A model generated the notes under the pieces. The model saw only the letters and a list, made by a program, of their open reading frames with translations, made no database searches and had not been told where the DNA came from. Both the position numbers and the translations under genes were made by a program. Below are positions 8,074 through 15,291 of a stretch of DNA of 32,000 nucleotides, one piece after another. This DNA is from Candidatus Nanoarchaeia archaeon (GTDB lineage Archaea; Nanobdellota; Nanobdellia; Woesearchaeales; JANQNC01): the NCBI GenBank assembly GCA_028279745.1, contig JANQNC010000001.1, positions 720,001-752,000 on the forward strand, read 5' to 3'. Every line of letters starts with the position of its first letter. Position 1 is the stretch's first letter.

Positions 8074-9450
8074 GTGTCATTTATTGATGGAATATTAAAC
8101 AATCTACCAGAAGTAGCAGGACCAACACAAAAAAAGCTAGCGTTTAAAGAAAAACTAAAATGGACGCTGATCATTCTAATCATATTCTTCACAATAGGAA
8201 GCTTTCCACTGTTTGGATTGCAAAGCAACGCACTAGAACAGATGCAGTTACTAGCAACAATTATGGGGGCTAGCTTCGGAAGCATAATAACACTAGGTAT
8301 AGGACCAATAGTAACAGCATCAATCGTATTGCAGTTATTAAACGGGTCAGGAATCCTTAAGTTTGACTTACAAACACCAGAAGGTAAAAAAAGATTCCAA
8401 GGGATACAAAAAATACTGGCAGTTGGTTTCATCATATTCGAAGGAACAATCTTCGTAATAATGGGTGGATTAACACCCGAACCAGGAATACACCCATTCG
8501 TACTAGTATTCCAACTAATCCTGGGCGGATTATTAATCATGCTTATGGATGAAGTAGTAAGCAAATGGGGATTTGGGTCAGGGTTAAGTTTATTCATAGC
8601 AGCAGGAGTAGCAAAAGAAATCCTAATCCAAGCATTATCACCTTTACACGTAGTACAAGCAGGAGTAGCAACAGAAGGTTTCGTAGGAAGAATACCAGAA
8701 ATATTCAGAACAATTGCATCAGACCAAATTACAGCAGGATTAGCAATAGCATCAATAGTGGCAACGGTACTAGTATTTGTAGTAGCAGTATATTCACAAG
8801 CGATGAAAATTGAGATACCTTTAAGCTTTGGTCGTATTAGAGGGTACGGAATGAGATGGCCTCTAAACTTTATCTACACTTCAAACATACCAGTAATATT
8901 AGTAGCAGCACTGATGGCAAACATACAGCTATTTGGAAGAATACTTCAAGAAAGAGGACTGCCCATATTCGGAACATTCTCATCATCAGGAGTTCCAGAA
9001 TCTGGGTTAGTGGCATTCTTATCATCACCAAACATAGTAGAAAAAGTAATTCTAGGAAATTTAACAGGACAACACATACTACAAGCATCAGTATACCTAG
9101 GCTTCATGGTAATAGGAGCAGTAATATTCTCATGGTTCTGGGTACAAACATCAGGAATGGATGCAAGATCAGTAGCAAAACAAATAATGGGATCAGGATT
9201 ACAAATCCCAGGATTCAGATCAGACATAAGAGTACTAGAAACAATACTGAAAAGATATATTGGGCCTTTAACAATAATGGGAGCAATAGCCGTAGGTATT
9301 TTAGCTGGATTGGCTGATTTGACAGGCGCCTTAAGTAGAGGTACAGGAATACTATTAGCAGTAATGATCATATACAGAATGTATGAAGACATAGCAAAAC
9401 AACACATGATGGACATGAACCCAATGATGAGAAAGTTCATGAAGACATAA
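8074..9450 (+). CDS. secY: Preprotein translocase subunit SecY
   Basis: A 458 aa protein with about 10 hydrophobic segments. It contains SecY motifs (LGIGPIVTASIVLQLL, GYGMRWPLNFIYTSNIPVILV) and follows L15. The GTG start is preceded by GAGGGGGTG (8061-8069), which resembles a Shine-Dalgarno site. Confidence 0.95.
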   Translation: MSFIDGILNNLPEVAGPTQKKLAFKEKLKWTLIILIIFFTIGSFPLFGLQSNALEQMQLLATIMGASFGSIITLGIGPIVTASIVLQLLNGSGILKFDLQTPEGKKRFQGIQKILAVGFIIFEGTIFVIMGGLTPEPGIHPFVLVFQLILGGLLIMLMDEVVSKWGFGSGLSLFIAAGVAKEILIQALSPLHVVQAGVATEGFVGRIPEIFRTIASDQITAGLAIASIVATVLVFVVAVYSQAMKIEIPLSFGRIRGYGMRWPLNFIYTSNIPVILVAALMANIQLFGRILQERGLPIFGTFSSSGVPESGLVAFLSSPNIVEKVILGNLTGQHILQASVYLGFMVIGAVIFSWFWVQTSGMDARSVAKQIMGSGLQIPGFRSDIRVLETILKRYIGPLTIMGAIAVGILAGLADLTGALSRGTGILLAVMIIYRMYEDIAKQHMMDMNPMMRKFMKT

Positions 9451-9452
9451 AA

Positions 9453-10247
9453 ATGGCATTTGAAGGAATGATGGATGTATTACTAGGATGGTTACTTAAC
9501 TTTGAACCAATCTGGGCACTATTGATAGTATCGGTGATATTTTCTGTCATTTCCAACATAGCATACAAATTCTTTACAGACCAACATCTTATGAAGGAAT
9601 TAAAAGCTGACCTGAAAAGATTCCAAAACGAGATGAAAGAATTCAAAGATCATCCACAAAAAATGATGGAGATCCAAAAGAAAGCGATGTCAAAGAATTT
9701 TGAGTACATGAAACACTCAATGAAACCAACACTGATAACATTCATACCAATCATACTAATATTCGGATGGTTAACAACACACCTAGCTTACGCACCACTA
9801 ATGCCTGGAGAAGACTTCAACACAACAATTACATTTAAGGATGGAGTTACGGGCAGCGCAATAATAGAAGTTCCGCCAGGAATAGAAGTTGTAGGTTCAG
9901 ATTCTATTGAAATAGAAGAAAAAGAATGTAAAGGAGCATTCTTCTCAAAAAGAGCATGTGGAGTGGCAACGTTTAATCTAAAAGGACTGAATAATGGAGA
10001 ATATCCACTAGTGTTCAAGTATGAAGATGAAGAACAAGACAAAAATGTGTTAATTACAAAAGATCAAGAGTACCTACCTGTAGAAAAACTGATTACTGAT
10101 TCTGACAACTTTGAAAAGATCCAAGTAGGAAATGCGAAGTTGAAACCATTAAATCTATTTGGATGGAAAATTGGTTGGTTAGGAACATATATCATCTTTT
10201 CATTGATCATATCTATGAGTCTGAGAAAGATAATGAAATTGCATTGA
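9453..10247 (+). CDS. DUF106 / EMC3-TMCO1-like membrane protein (archaeal YidC/Oxa1-like insertase candidate) with an enlarged extracytoplasmic loop
   Basis: TM1 is followed by a K/E/M/Q-rich helical hairpin (LMKELKADLKRFQNEMKEFKDHPQKMMEIQKKAMSKNFEYMKHSMKP). Then come TM2 (LITFIPIILIFGWL) and a C-terminal GWLGTYIIFSLIISMSLRKIM. This architecture and the location downstream of secY are typical of archaeal DUF106 proteins. Confidence 0.7.
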   Translation: MAFEGMMDVLLGWLLNFEPIWALLIVSVIFSVISNIAYKFFTDQHLMKELKADLKRFQNEMKEFKDHPQKMMEIQKKAMSKNFEYMKHSMKPTLITFIPIILIFGWLTTHLAYAPLMPGEDFNTTITFKDGVTGSAIIEVPPGIEVVGSDSIEIEEKECKGAFFSKRACGVATFNLKGLNNGEYPLVFKYEDEEQDKNVLITKDQEYLPVEKLITDSDNFEKIQVGNAKLKPLNLFGWKIGWLGTYIIFSLIISMSLRKIMKLH

Positions 10248-10292
10248 TAAGCAGTAAAACGTTCTTATTATCATTATAAACTGTGGGAAACC

Positions 10293-10302
10293 TTTATAAA
10301 TA
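10293..10302 (+). promoter_or_regulatory. TATA box for rpl34e (leaderless or near-leaderless transcript)
   Basis: TTTATAAATA is centred ~26 nt upstream of the ATG at 10323 and preceded by purine-rich GGGAAACC (BRE-like). There is no SD sequence. Confidence 0.5.
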
Positions 10303-10322
10303 CCCTCAGATTTCCTCGATGT

Positions 10323-10586
10323 ATGGTAGAAGGAAAACGAAAATCAGGATCAAAAAGGAAAATCAAAGTAAGAGTGCCTAGCTCAAAGTCAGTCACTCAA
10401 TACAAGAAAAGAAAGCCAGCAAAGGCAAAATGTGCAGAATGCAGCGCAGATTTGAAAGGAGTTGCACGAGTAAGAGCAACAAAACTCAAAAAAATGCCAA
10501 AATCAGCAAAACGACCATCAAGACCATTTGGTGGACAGTTATGCAGTAAATGCACAAGAAAAGAAATAGTCAGAAGATCTAAATAG
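10323..10586 (+). CDS. rpl34e: 50S ribosomal protein eL34
   Basis: Motifs VRVPSSKSVTQYKKRKPAKAKCAECSADLKG and RPFGGQLCSKCTRKEI, giving a CxxC...CxxC zinc ribbon as in eL34. Confidence 0.85.
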   Translation: MVEGKRKSGSKRKIKVRVPSSKSVTQYKKRKPAKAKCAECSADLKGVARVRATKLKKMPKSAKRPSRPFGGQLCSKCTRKEIVRRSK

Positions 10587-10620
10587 ATCTTCTGGATTTC
10601 GTAAAGCATAAATGCTTTAC
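10571..10620 (+). other. Two consecutive perfect inverted repeats (stem-loops) at the 3' end of rpl34e
   Basis: CAGAAGATCT (10571-10580) and AGATCTTCTG (10585-10594) flank the loop AAAT and span the TAG stop. GTAAAGCAT (10601-10609) and ATGCTTTAC (10612-10620) form the second repeat. Confidence 0.6.
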
Positions 10621-10703
10621 AAAATAGTCAAACGAGCAAAAGAAGGATCTCTTAAGGGAAAAAGGCGACTATCCCAACAAAACAAGAGATTGGAGGAAAC
10701 AAA

Positions 10704-11189
10704 ATGAATGTAGGAAGACTATGTGTTAAGATAGCAGGAAGAGACGCAGGGAAAAAATGCGTAATCGTTGAAGTTCTAGAAGGAAGCTTTGTAACAATAG
10801 ACGGCGAAACAAGAAGAAGAAAGTGCAATATAAGACACTTAGAACCACTAAAAGAAGAGATAAAAGTGGGAAAAGGAAGCCATGAAGAAGTTGTAAAAGC
10901 GTTCAAAGATTTGGGTATTGAGATAAAAGAAAAGAAATCAAAACCTAAAACTGAAAAACCCAAAAAACAAAGAAAAATTAAAGTAAAAGCTGCAGCAGAA
11001 CCTAAAGCTGTTAAGAAAACAGAGAAAAAGGACACAGCAAAAGCAGCTGAAAAGAAATCAGAGGCTAAAAAAGAAACTCCCAAAGCAGCAGAGAAAAAAG
11101 AAGAAAAACCTGCAGCTGAAAAAAATGAAGTGAAAGCTGAGAAAAAGGCTGAAGCTAAAAAGCCAGCAGCAAAAGCTGCTAAGAAATAA
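10704..11189 (+). CDS. rpl14e: 50S ribosomal protein eL14 (KOW domain) with a ~85 aa Lys/Ala/Glu-rich C-terminal tail
   Basis: The N-terminus VGRLCVKIAGRDAGKKCVIVEVLEGSFVTIDGETRRRKCNIRHLEP is the eL14 KOW core. GGAGG at 10693-10697 precedes the ATG. The tail contains repeated AAEKK/KAAAK units. Confidence 0.8.
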   Translation: MNVGRLCVKIAGRDAGKKCVIVEVLEGSFVTIDGETRRRKCNIRHLEPLKEEIKVGKGSHEEVVKAFKDLGIEIKEKKSKPKTEKPKKQRKIKVKAAAEPKAVKKTEKKDTAKAAEKKSEAKKETPKAAEKKEEKPAAEKNEVKAEKKAEAKKPAAKAAKK

Positions 11190-12064
11190 TGGTAAAACAA
11201 ATACAATACTTTGAACTATTGAAAAAAAGTTGGGGCCAATTTAGACAAAATCTTGTATTAATAACACCAATTCTTTTAGCAATAATATTATCACTAGGAA
11301 TGTTTGTACTAGTAGCATTAGAAGCACTAATAGTAACACTACCAGTAGGACTATTTGACTTCCAAAGCTTCATGAACTCAATACAACTAATAGTTTTAGC
11401 AAGTCTATTCGTAATACTAGACATAATAATCGTATTTGTAATAGGCGCAAAAATACGAAGTATGATGATAGGTGGATTCTACGATGTTGCAAAAAAAGGA
11501 AGTACAAGTTATGCAAGCATGAAAGTTTACGCAAGAAAACTATGGAAAAAAGTATTAGGAGTAAGCATAATACAGATGGCGATAATACTAGTGCCACTAC
11601 TAGTTCTTGGAGGAATAGCTTCACTATTCCTACTAGCTTCACAAGAAGCATTTATGGTGGCGGCAATGAGCCTAGGAATAATATACGGCATATACTTTAT
11701 AGTTGCAGCAGTCATCCTATACTTTGGATTATTCTTCATAACCCCAAAGATAGTAACTGAAAATAAAAGACCTATAGACTTAATGAAATCATCATTACAA
11801 TACACAAAAGAAAACCTAACACATGTCCTAATAACCTGGGCAGTAATGCTTCTTGCAGTATTCTGTTTTGCAGTAATACAAACAGTAGCATCAATGCCTC
11901 TGGCAATAGTGAATATGATGGCATCAATATCAGGAGCAACAGGTGCTATTATCGGGATAGCTGTAGCTAGGATGGTCATAGGGTTTGTTTTCGGAATACT
12001 AAGAATGATATTACAGCTAACACTACAAGTATTCATATTCAACTCTTATTTCGCAAAGAAATAA
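11189..12064 (+). CDS. Hypothetical polytopic integral membrane protein (about 6-7 predicted TM helices)
   Basis: A 291 aa ORF with repeated 20+ residue hydrophobic stretches. Its ATG overlaps the L14e stop (TAATG at 11187-11191). I recognise no family motif. Confidence 0.6.
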   Translation: MVKQIQYFELLKKSWGQFRQNLVLITPILLAIILSLGMFVLVALEALIVTLPVGLFDFQSFMNSIQLIVLASLFVILDIIIVFVIGAKIRSMMIGGFYDVAKKGSTSYASMKVYARKLWKKVLGVSIIQMAIILVPLLVLGGIASLFLLASQEAFMVAAMSLGIIYGIYFIVAAVILYFGLFFITPKIVTENKRPIDLMKSSLQYTKENLTHVLITWAVMLLAVFCFAVIQTVASMPLAIVNMMASISGATGAIIGIAVARMVIGFVFGILRMILQLTLQVFIFNSYFAKK

Positions 12065-12066
12065 AA

Positions 12067-13707
12067 CTATAATTTCTCAAATAACTCAGTAAGATTAAGC
12101 TCAAAAGCAGCAACAGGCATCTCTAAAGCCCAATTACCCAAAACTTCAGGATTAACCTCACCAATGTAGGCAACATCCTTACCCTTAACGCTTACTCTGC
12201 CAACTCGTCCTGAGATAAATGAATTGTTCTCTACTTCTTTAATCTCATACTCAACATCAATCATACGCATCAAAAAGTCAAGAACCTGCTTAATCTTAGT
12301 ATAATCAGCATCATCACTACATAACGTAACTGCTAATCTTTCTTGCTCTAAAACACCCGTATCAGTATCTTTACTCTTGAAAACAGTGCCAATACCAAAA
12401 ATATTTTGCGGGTATTCTCTGTTAAGGTTTGTGTTCAATACTTCTAATAAAGAAGGCAACACCCAATATCTTAAAACATTAAACTCTTTATTCAGAGCGT
12501 TGTGTAACTTAATAGGCTTGCCTTCAGCAAGCATCATCTTATTTTGATTAGTTTCAGAAGTTAAATTAAAAGTTTCAACCTCCAACAATCCTAACCCAAC
12601 TAATAAATCACTAACTTTGTCTTTGAACTTCTCAATCTCAAGCTCTTTACCCACTGTGGAAATTTTTGGAATTATTGGTGTGAAAGTTTCATAACCATAC
12701 GCAATGGCAATGTCTTCAACTAAATCAATAGGATGGAGGATGTCTGCTCTGTAAGCAGGCACTAAAGCATTCTTATCTTTAACACCATAACCCATCTTTT
12801 CTAAACAATCATTAATTTCCTTTTCTGAAATGTTTGTTCCCAACCTTTTGTTGACATAATCATAATCAATCTTCATCACTTCAGGGGATAAGTCTGGAGT
12901 GATCTCTTTCGCATCATACTCAAGCTCTAAAGAGTAAATCTTGCCACCCATGTCCGCCAAAGCAGTTACAATCATGTTAAGACATTTTTTCAAGACTACA
13001 AAATCAAAACCACTGCACTCTACAAAAACATCAGTAGTAGACTCAGAAATCTTACCAACATCATGACTGTTAATAATAGGAGGCATGGACAAAATATTAT
13101 CATCTGCGTCTTTAAAGAAAGCAAATTTAGTTAGACCTTCTAAAAGATGAGCATAATCTCTTCCAGTTGGGTGTTTGCTCAATATCTGCAAACCAGTCAG
13201 TTCCTCTTTAGATTCTAACGGTTGGAAAGTAACTTTCTTAGGATCTTCAGCAAAGTAAGTTATAGGGAACTTAATCTTTTCTAACGGATACACCCCAATT
13301 GCTGCCTTTTTTCTTTTCCTTCCGTATGTTATGTGTAATTTCTCTTGTATCTGAATAATTTCTTTTATAGTTTCATCATCAAAGTTGATACCTTTAACAA
13401 TAGCGCAAGCAGTATAAGGTCTTACATCTTTAACAGATTTTTCTACAATTAACTTTTCACCTGAAGACTCAACCTTGTACTCTTTCAAACCTTTATTAAC
13501 ACCGATAAAAGAGCTGAAAGCTCTTGCAAGACCTTGTTCAGAAAGCTGATCAGGACGGTTAGGAAATATTTCCACATGGATTTCTTTTTCATCAACACTT
13601 TCTAGATCCGTGCCAAGCATAGGGATCTTTTCCTTAAGTTCTTCAATAGTTAAACTCTTTCCGACCAGTTTTTCAAAAACTTTTTTGTTTAGTGTTACAG
13701 TAGGCAT
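12067..13707 (-). CDS. pheT: Phenylalanine--tRNA ligase beta subunit (archaeal type)
   Basis: A 546 aa protein. The N-terminus MPTVTLNKKVFEKLVGKSLTIEELKEKIPMLGTDLE...EIFPNRPD is the archaeal PheT B3/4-B5 pattern. It lies immediately downstream of pheS with a 1-nt gap. Confidence 0.9.
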   Translation of the reverse strand: MPTVTLNKKVFEKLVGKSLTIEELKEKIPMLGTDLESVDEKEIHVEIFPNRPDQLSEQGLARAFSSFIGVNKGLKEYKVESSGEKLIVEKSVKDVRPYTACAIVKGINFDDETIKEIIQIQEKLHITYGRKRKKAAIGVYPLEKIKFPITYFAEDPKKVTFQPLESKEELTGLQILSKHPTGRDYAHLLEGLTKFAFFKDADDNILSMPPIINSHDVGKISESTTDVFVECSGFDFVVLKKCLNMIVTALADMGGKIYSLELEYDAKEITPDLSPEVMKIDYDYVNKRLGTNISEKEINDCLEKMGYGVKDKNALVPAYRADILHPIDLVEDIAIAYGYETFTPIIPKISTVGKELEIEKFKDKVSDLLVGLGLLEVETFNLTSETNQNKMMLAEGKPIKLHNALNKEFNVLRYWVLPSLLEVLNTNLNREYPQNIFGIGTVFKSKDTDTGVLEQERLAVTLCSDDADYTKIKQVLDFLMRMIDVEYEIKEVENNSFISGRVGRVSVKGKDVAYIGEVNPEVLGNWALEMPVAAFELNLTELFEKL

Positions 13708-13708
13708 T

Positions 13709-15247
13709 TTATTTCAACCAACATTTTATATTTCTTAATACTTCAAGATCGTTCTTGTAAAGATCTCTTAAGTCTGATAAATTATAATAAGGTAATAGTA
13801 TTCTCCCGAGACCGAAACCCCACGCCAAGACAGGAACTTCTTTACCAATGAGTGTTTTAGTTACCTCCGGTCTAAATATGCCGCAACCACCAAGCTCAAC
13901 CCACTCATTCTTAACAGGATTTAAAACTTCGATTTCTGCACTTGGTTCTGTGTAAGGGAAATGTGCGGGTCTAATCCTAACATCAGCATACCCCATCTTA
14001 CCGAAAAATTCTTTTAGGAAACCCAGAAGATGGGAGAACGTAGCTTCTTCACCAACAACAATACCATCTACTTGATTAAACTCAAATAAATGTTTCCAAT
14101 CAAGAGCTTCATTTCTATAAACTCTGCCGACCTTGAAATATTTCTTAGGAAGATCTGACTCTTTTAATTTTGAGATTGTGTGTGCTGAGAGAACTGTGGT
14201 GTGAGTTCTAAGTAAGATTTCTTTTGCAACATCTTCACTCCACTTATACTGCCAACCTTTACTTCCAGTATCAGAACCATCTTCATGAACTTCTTTAACT
14301 TTTTTTGCAATGTCTTCTGGAAGTTTAGCTTGTGCAATATTTTTACCGTCCGCTAAATAGAAGGTGTCCTGCATCTCTCTAGCAGGATGATCTTGAGGGA
14401 CAAACAATGAATCTAAATCCCAGAAAGCGCTTTGGACAATATTTCCTTCCATCTCTTCAAATCCCATCTCTAACCAGATCTGTTTAACATACTTTATTGC
14501 CTCTCTGATAAAGTGTCTTCTTCCTGCTGCAATCTTAGGAACATTAATCTTAATATCATAAGATCTGAACTCTTTACCTTTCCAGCTATTGTTTTTTAAC
14601 ATTTCAGGAGTTAGTTGCTCAAGAAGTTCTACATCGAGATCTTTTTCTTTGACTAATTTTTTCCCCAACTCTGTAAGTTCGTAAGATTTAGTTTTTATCG
14701 TGTCTACTTTTACAATCTTTTTTCTCTTCTGTAAATTTTCCAATGAAAACTGTTCTTCCGGTGCAAGTTCGTCAAAAGGTTTAGGTGTTTTTAGAGATAT
14801 GATAAATTTTTGTTCTAATGACTCCGACTCAACCATCTTTTCTCCTGCAGGGAGAACTTTTACCTTCAAAGGTTTGCCTTCAGCTTGGATAGCTGCTTTA
14901 CTTTTTAATGTGCCAATGCATATACCAATCTCTTCTTTCTCTATCTTGGCTTTCTTAGCAACATCGTTAACATCCATCTCTTCTTTGATGGCTTTAAGGA
15001 ATCTAATTTCCGGCAATCCTTCATCTGCGTATTTTTCCCCATTCTCATCTAAAGAAACCATCTGGGTTGAGGATTCTGACAGTTTTAGGACTTCTTTGTT
15101 TTCAAGCCACTGCAAAGCTCTCATAACTTCAACGTCTTTCATCATACTCTTTTCCACAAGGTCATAAAAAGTCTTACAAAAAGTAAGAAAAGGAATGATT
15201 TTCCTCTCAAGAGGATGCAAAGTTTTCACTAATGACTTAATGTCCAT
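13709..15247 (-). CDS. pheS: Phenylalanine--tRNA ligase alpha subunit (archaeal type)
   Basis: Class II motifs are present: HPAREMQDTFYL, LRTHTT, VGRVYRNEALDWKHLFEFNQVDG, FPYTEPSAEIEV and GCGIFRPEV. Confidence 0.9.
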   Translation of the reverse strand: MDIKSLVKTLHPLERKIIPFLTFCKTFYDLVEKSMMKDVEVMRALQWLENKEVLKLSESSTQMVSLDENGEKYADEGLPEIRFLKAIKEEMDVNDVAKKAKIEKEEIGICIGTLKSKAAIQAEGKPLKVKVLPAGEKMVESESLEQKFIISLKTPKPFDELAPEEQFSLENLQKRKKIVKVDTIKTKSYELTELGKKLVKEKDLDVELLEQLTPEMLKNNSWKGKEFRSYDIKINVPKIAAGRRHFIREAIKYVKQIWLEMGFEEMEGNIVQSAFWDLDSLFVPQDHPAREMQDTFYLADGKNIAQAKLPEDIAKKVKEVHEDGSDTGSKGWQYKWSEDVAKEILLRTHTTVLSAHTISKLKESDLPKKYFKVGRVYRNEALDWKHLFEFNQVDGIVVGEEATFSHLLGFLKEFFGKMGYADVRIRPAHFPYTEPSAEIEVLNPVKNEWVELGGCGIFRPEVTKTLIGKEVPVLAWGFGLGRILLPYYNLSDLRDLYKNDLEVLRNIKCWLK

Positions 15248-15265
15248 ACTGTTCAGAGTTAGAGC

Positions 15266-15280
15266 CTTTATTTATAAAAT
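15266..15280 (-). promoter_or_regulatory. TATA box for pheS-pheT (leaderless)
   Basis: The minus strand reads TTTTATAAATAAAGG, centred ~26 nt upstream of the pheS ATG at 15247. Confidence 0.5.
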
Positions 15281-15291
15281 TATAGGAGAAA

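Noticed and set aside
8040-9440. Several long alternative-frame and antisense ORFs inside secY (8040-8597 -, 8565-8813 +, 8856-9317 +, 8946-9440 -).
   Set aside because: They are shadow ORFs of a highly conserved gene. Their translations are compositionally odd (R/S/N-rich or P/I/N-rich) and match no motif. The SecY frame is unambiguous.
10652-11206. A 184 aa minus-strand ORF antisense to rpl14e.
   Set aside because: It is an A/F/S-rich mirror image of the Lys/Ala/Glu tail. The eL14 KOW core, with its SD and ATG on the plus strand, is the real gene.
14700-15167. Antisense ORFs inside pheS (14700-15167 +), pta (17658-18284 -, 17666-18010 -), the hydrolase gene (22811-23317 -) and the lipoprotein genes (25197-25607 -, 26100-26516 -, 26580-27029 -).
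   Set aside because: All are opposite well-supported genes, are rich in L/S/F/C as expected from reading A-rich genes backwards, and have no plausible promoter or SD.
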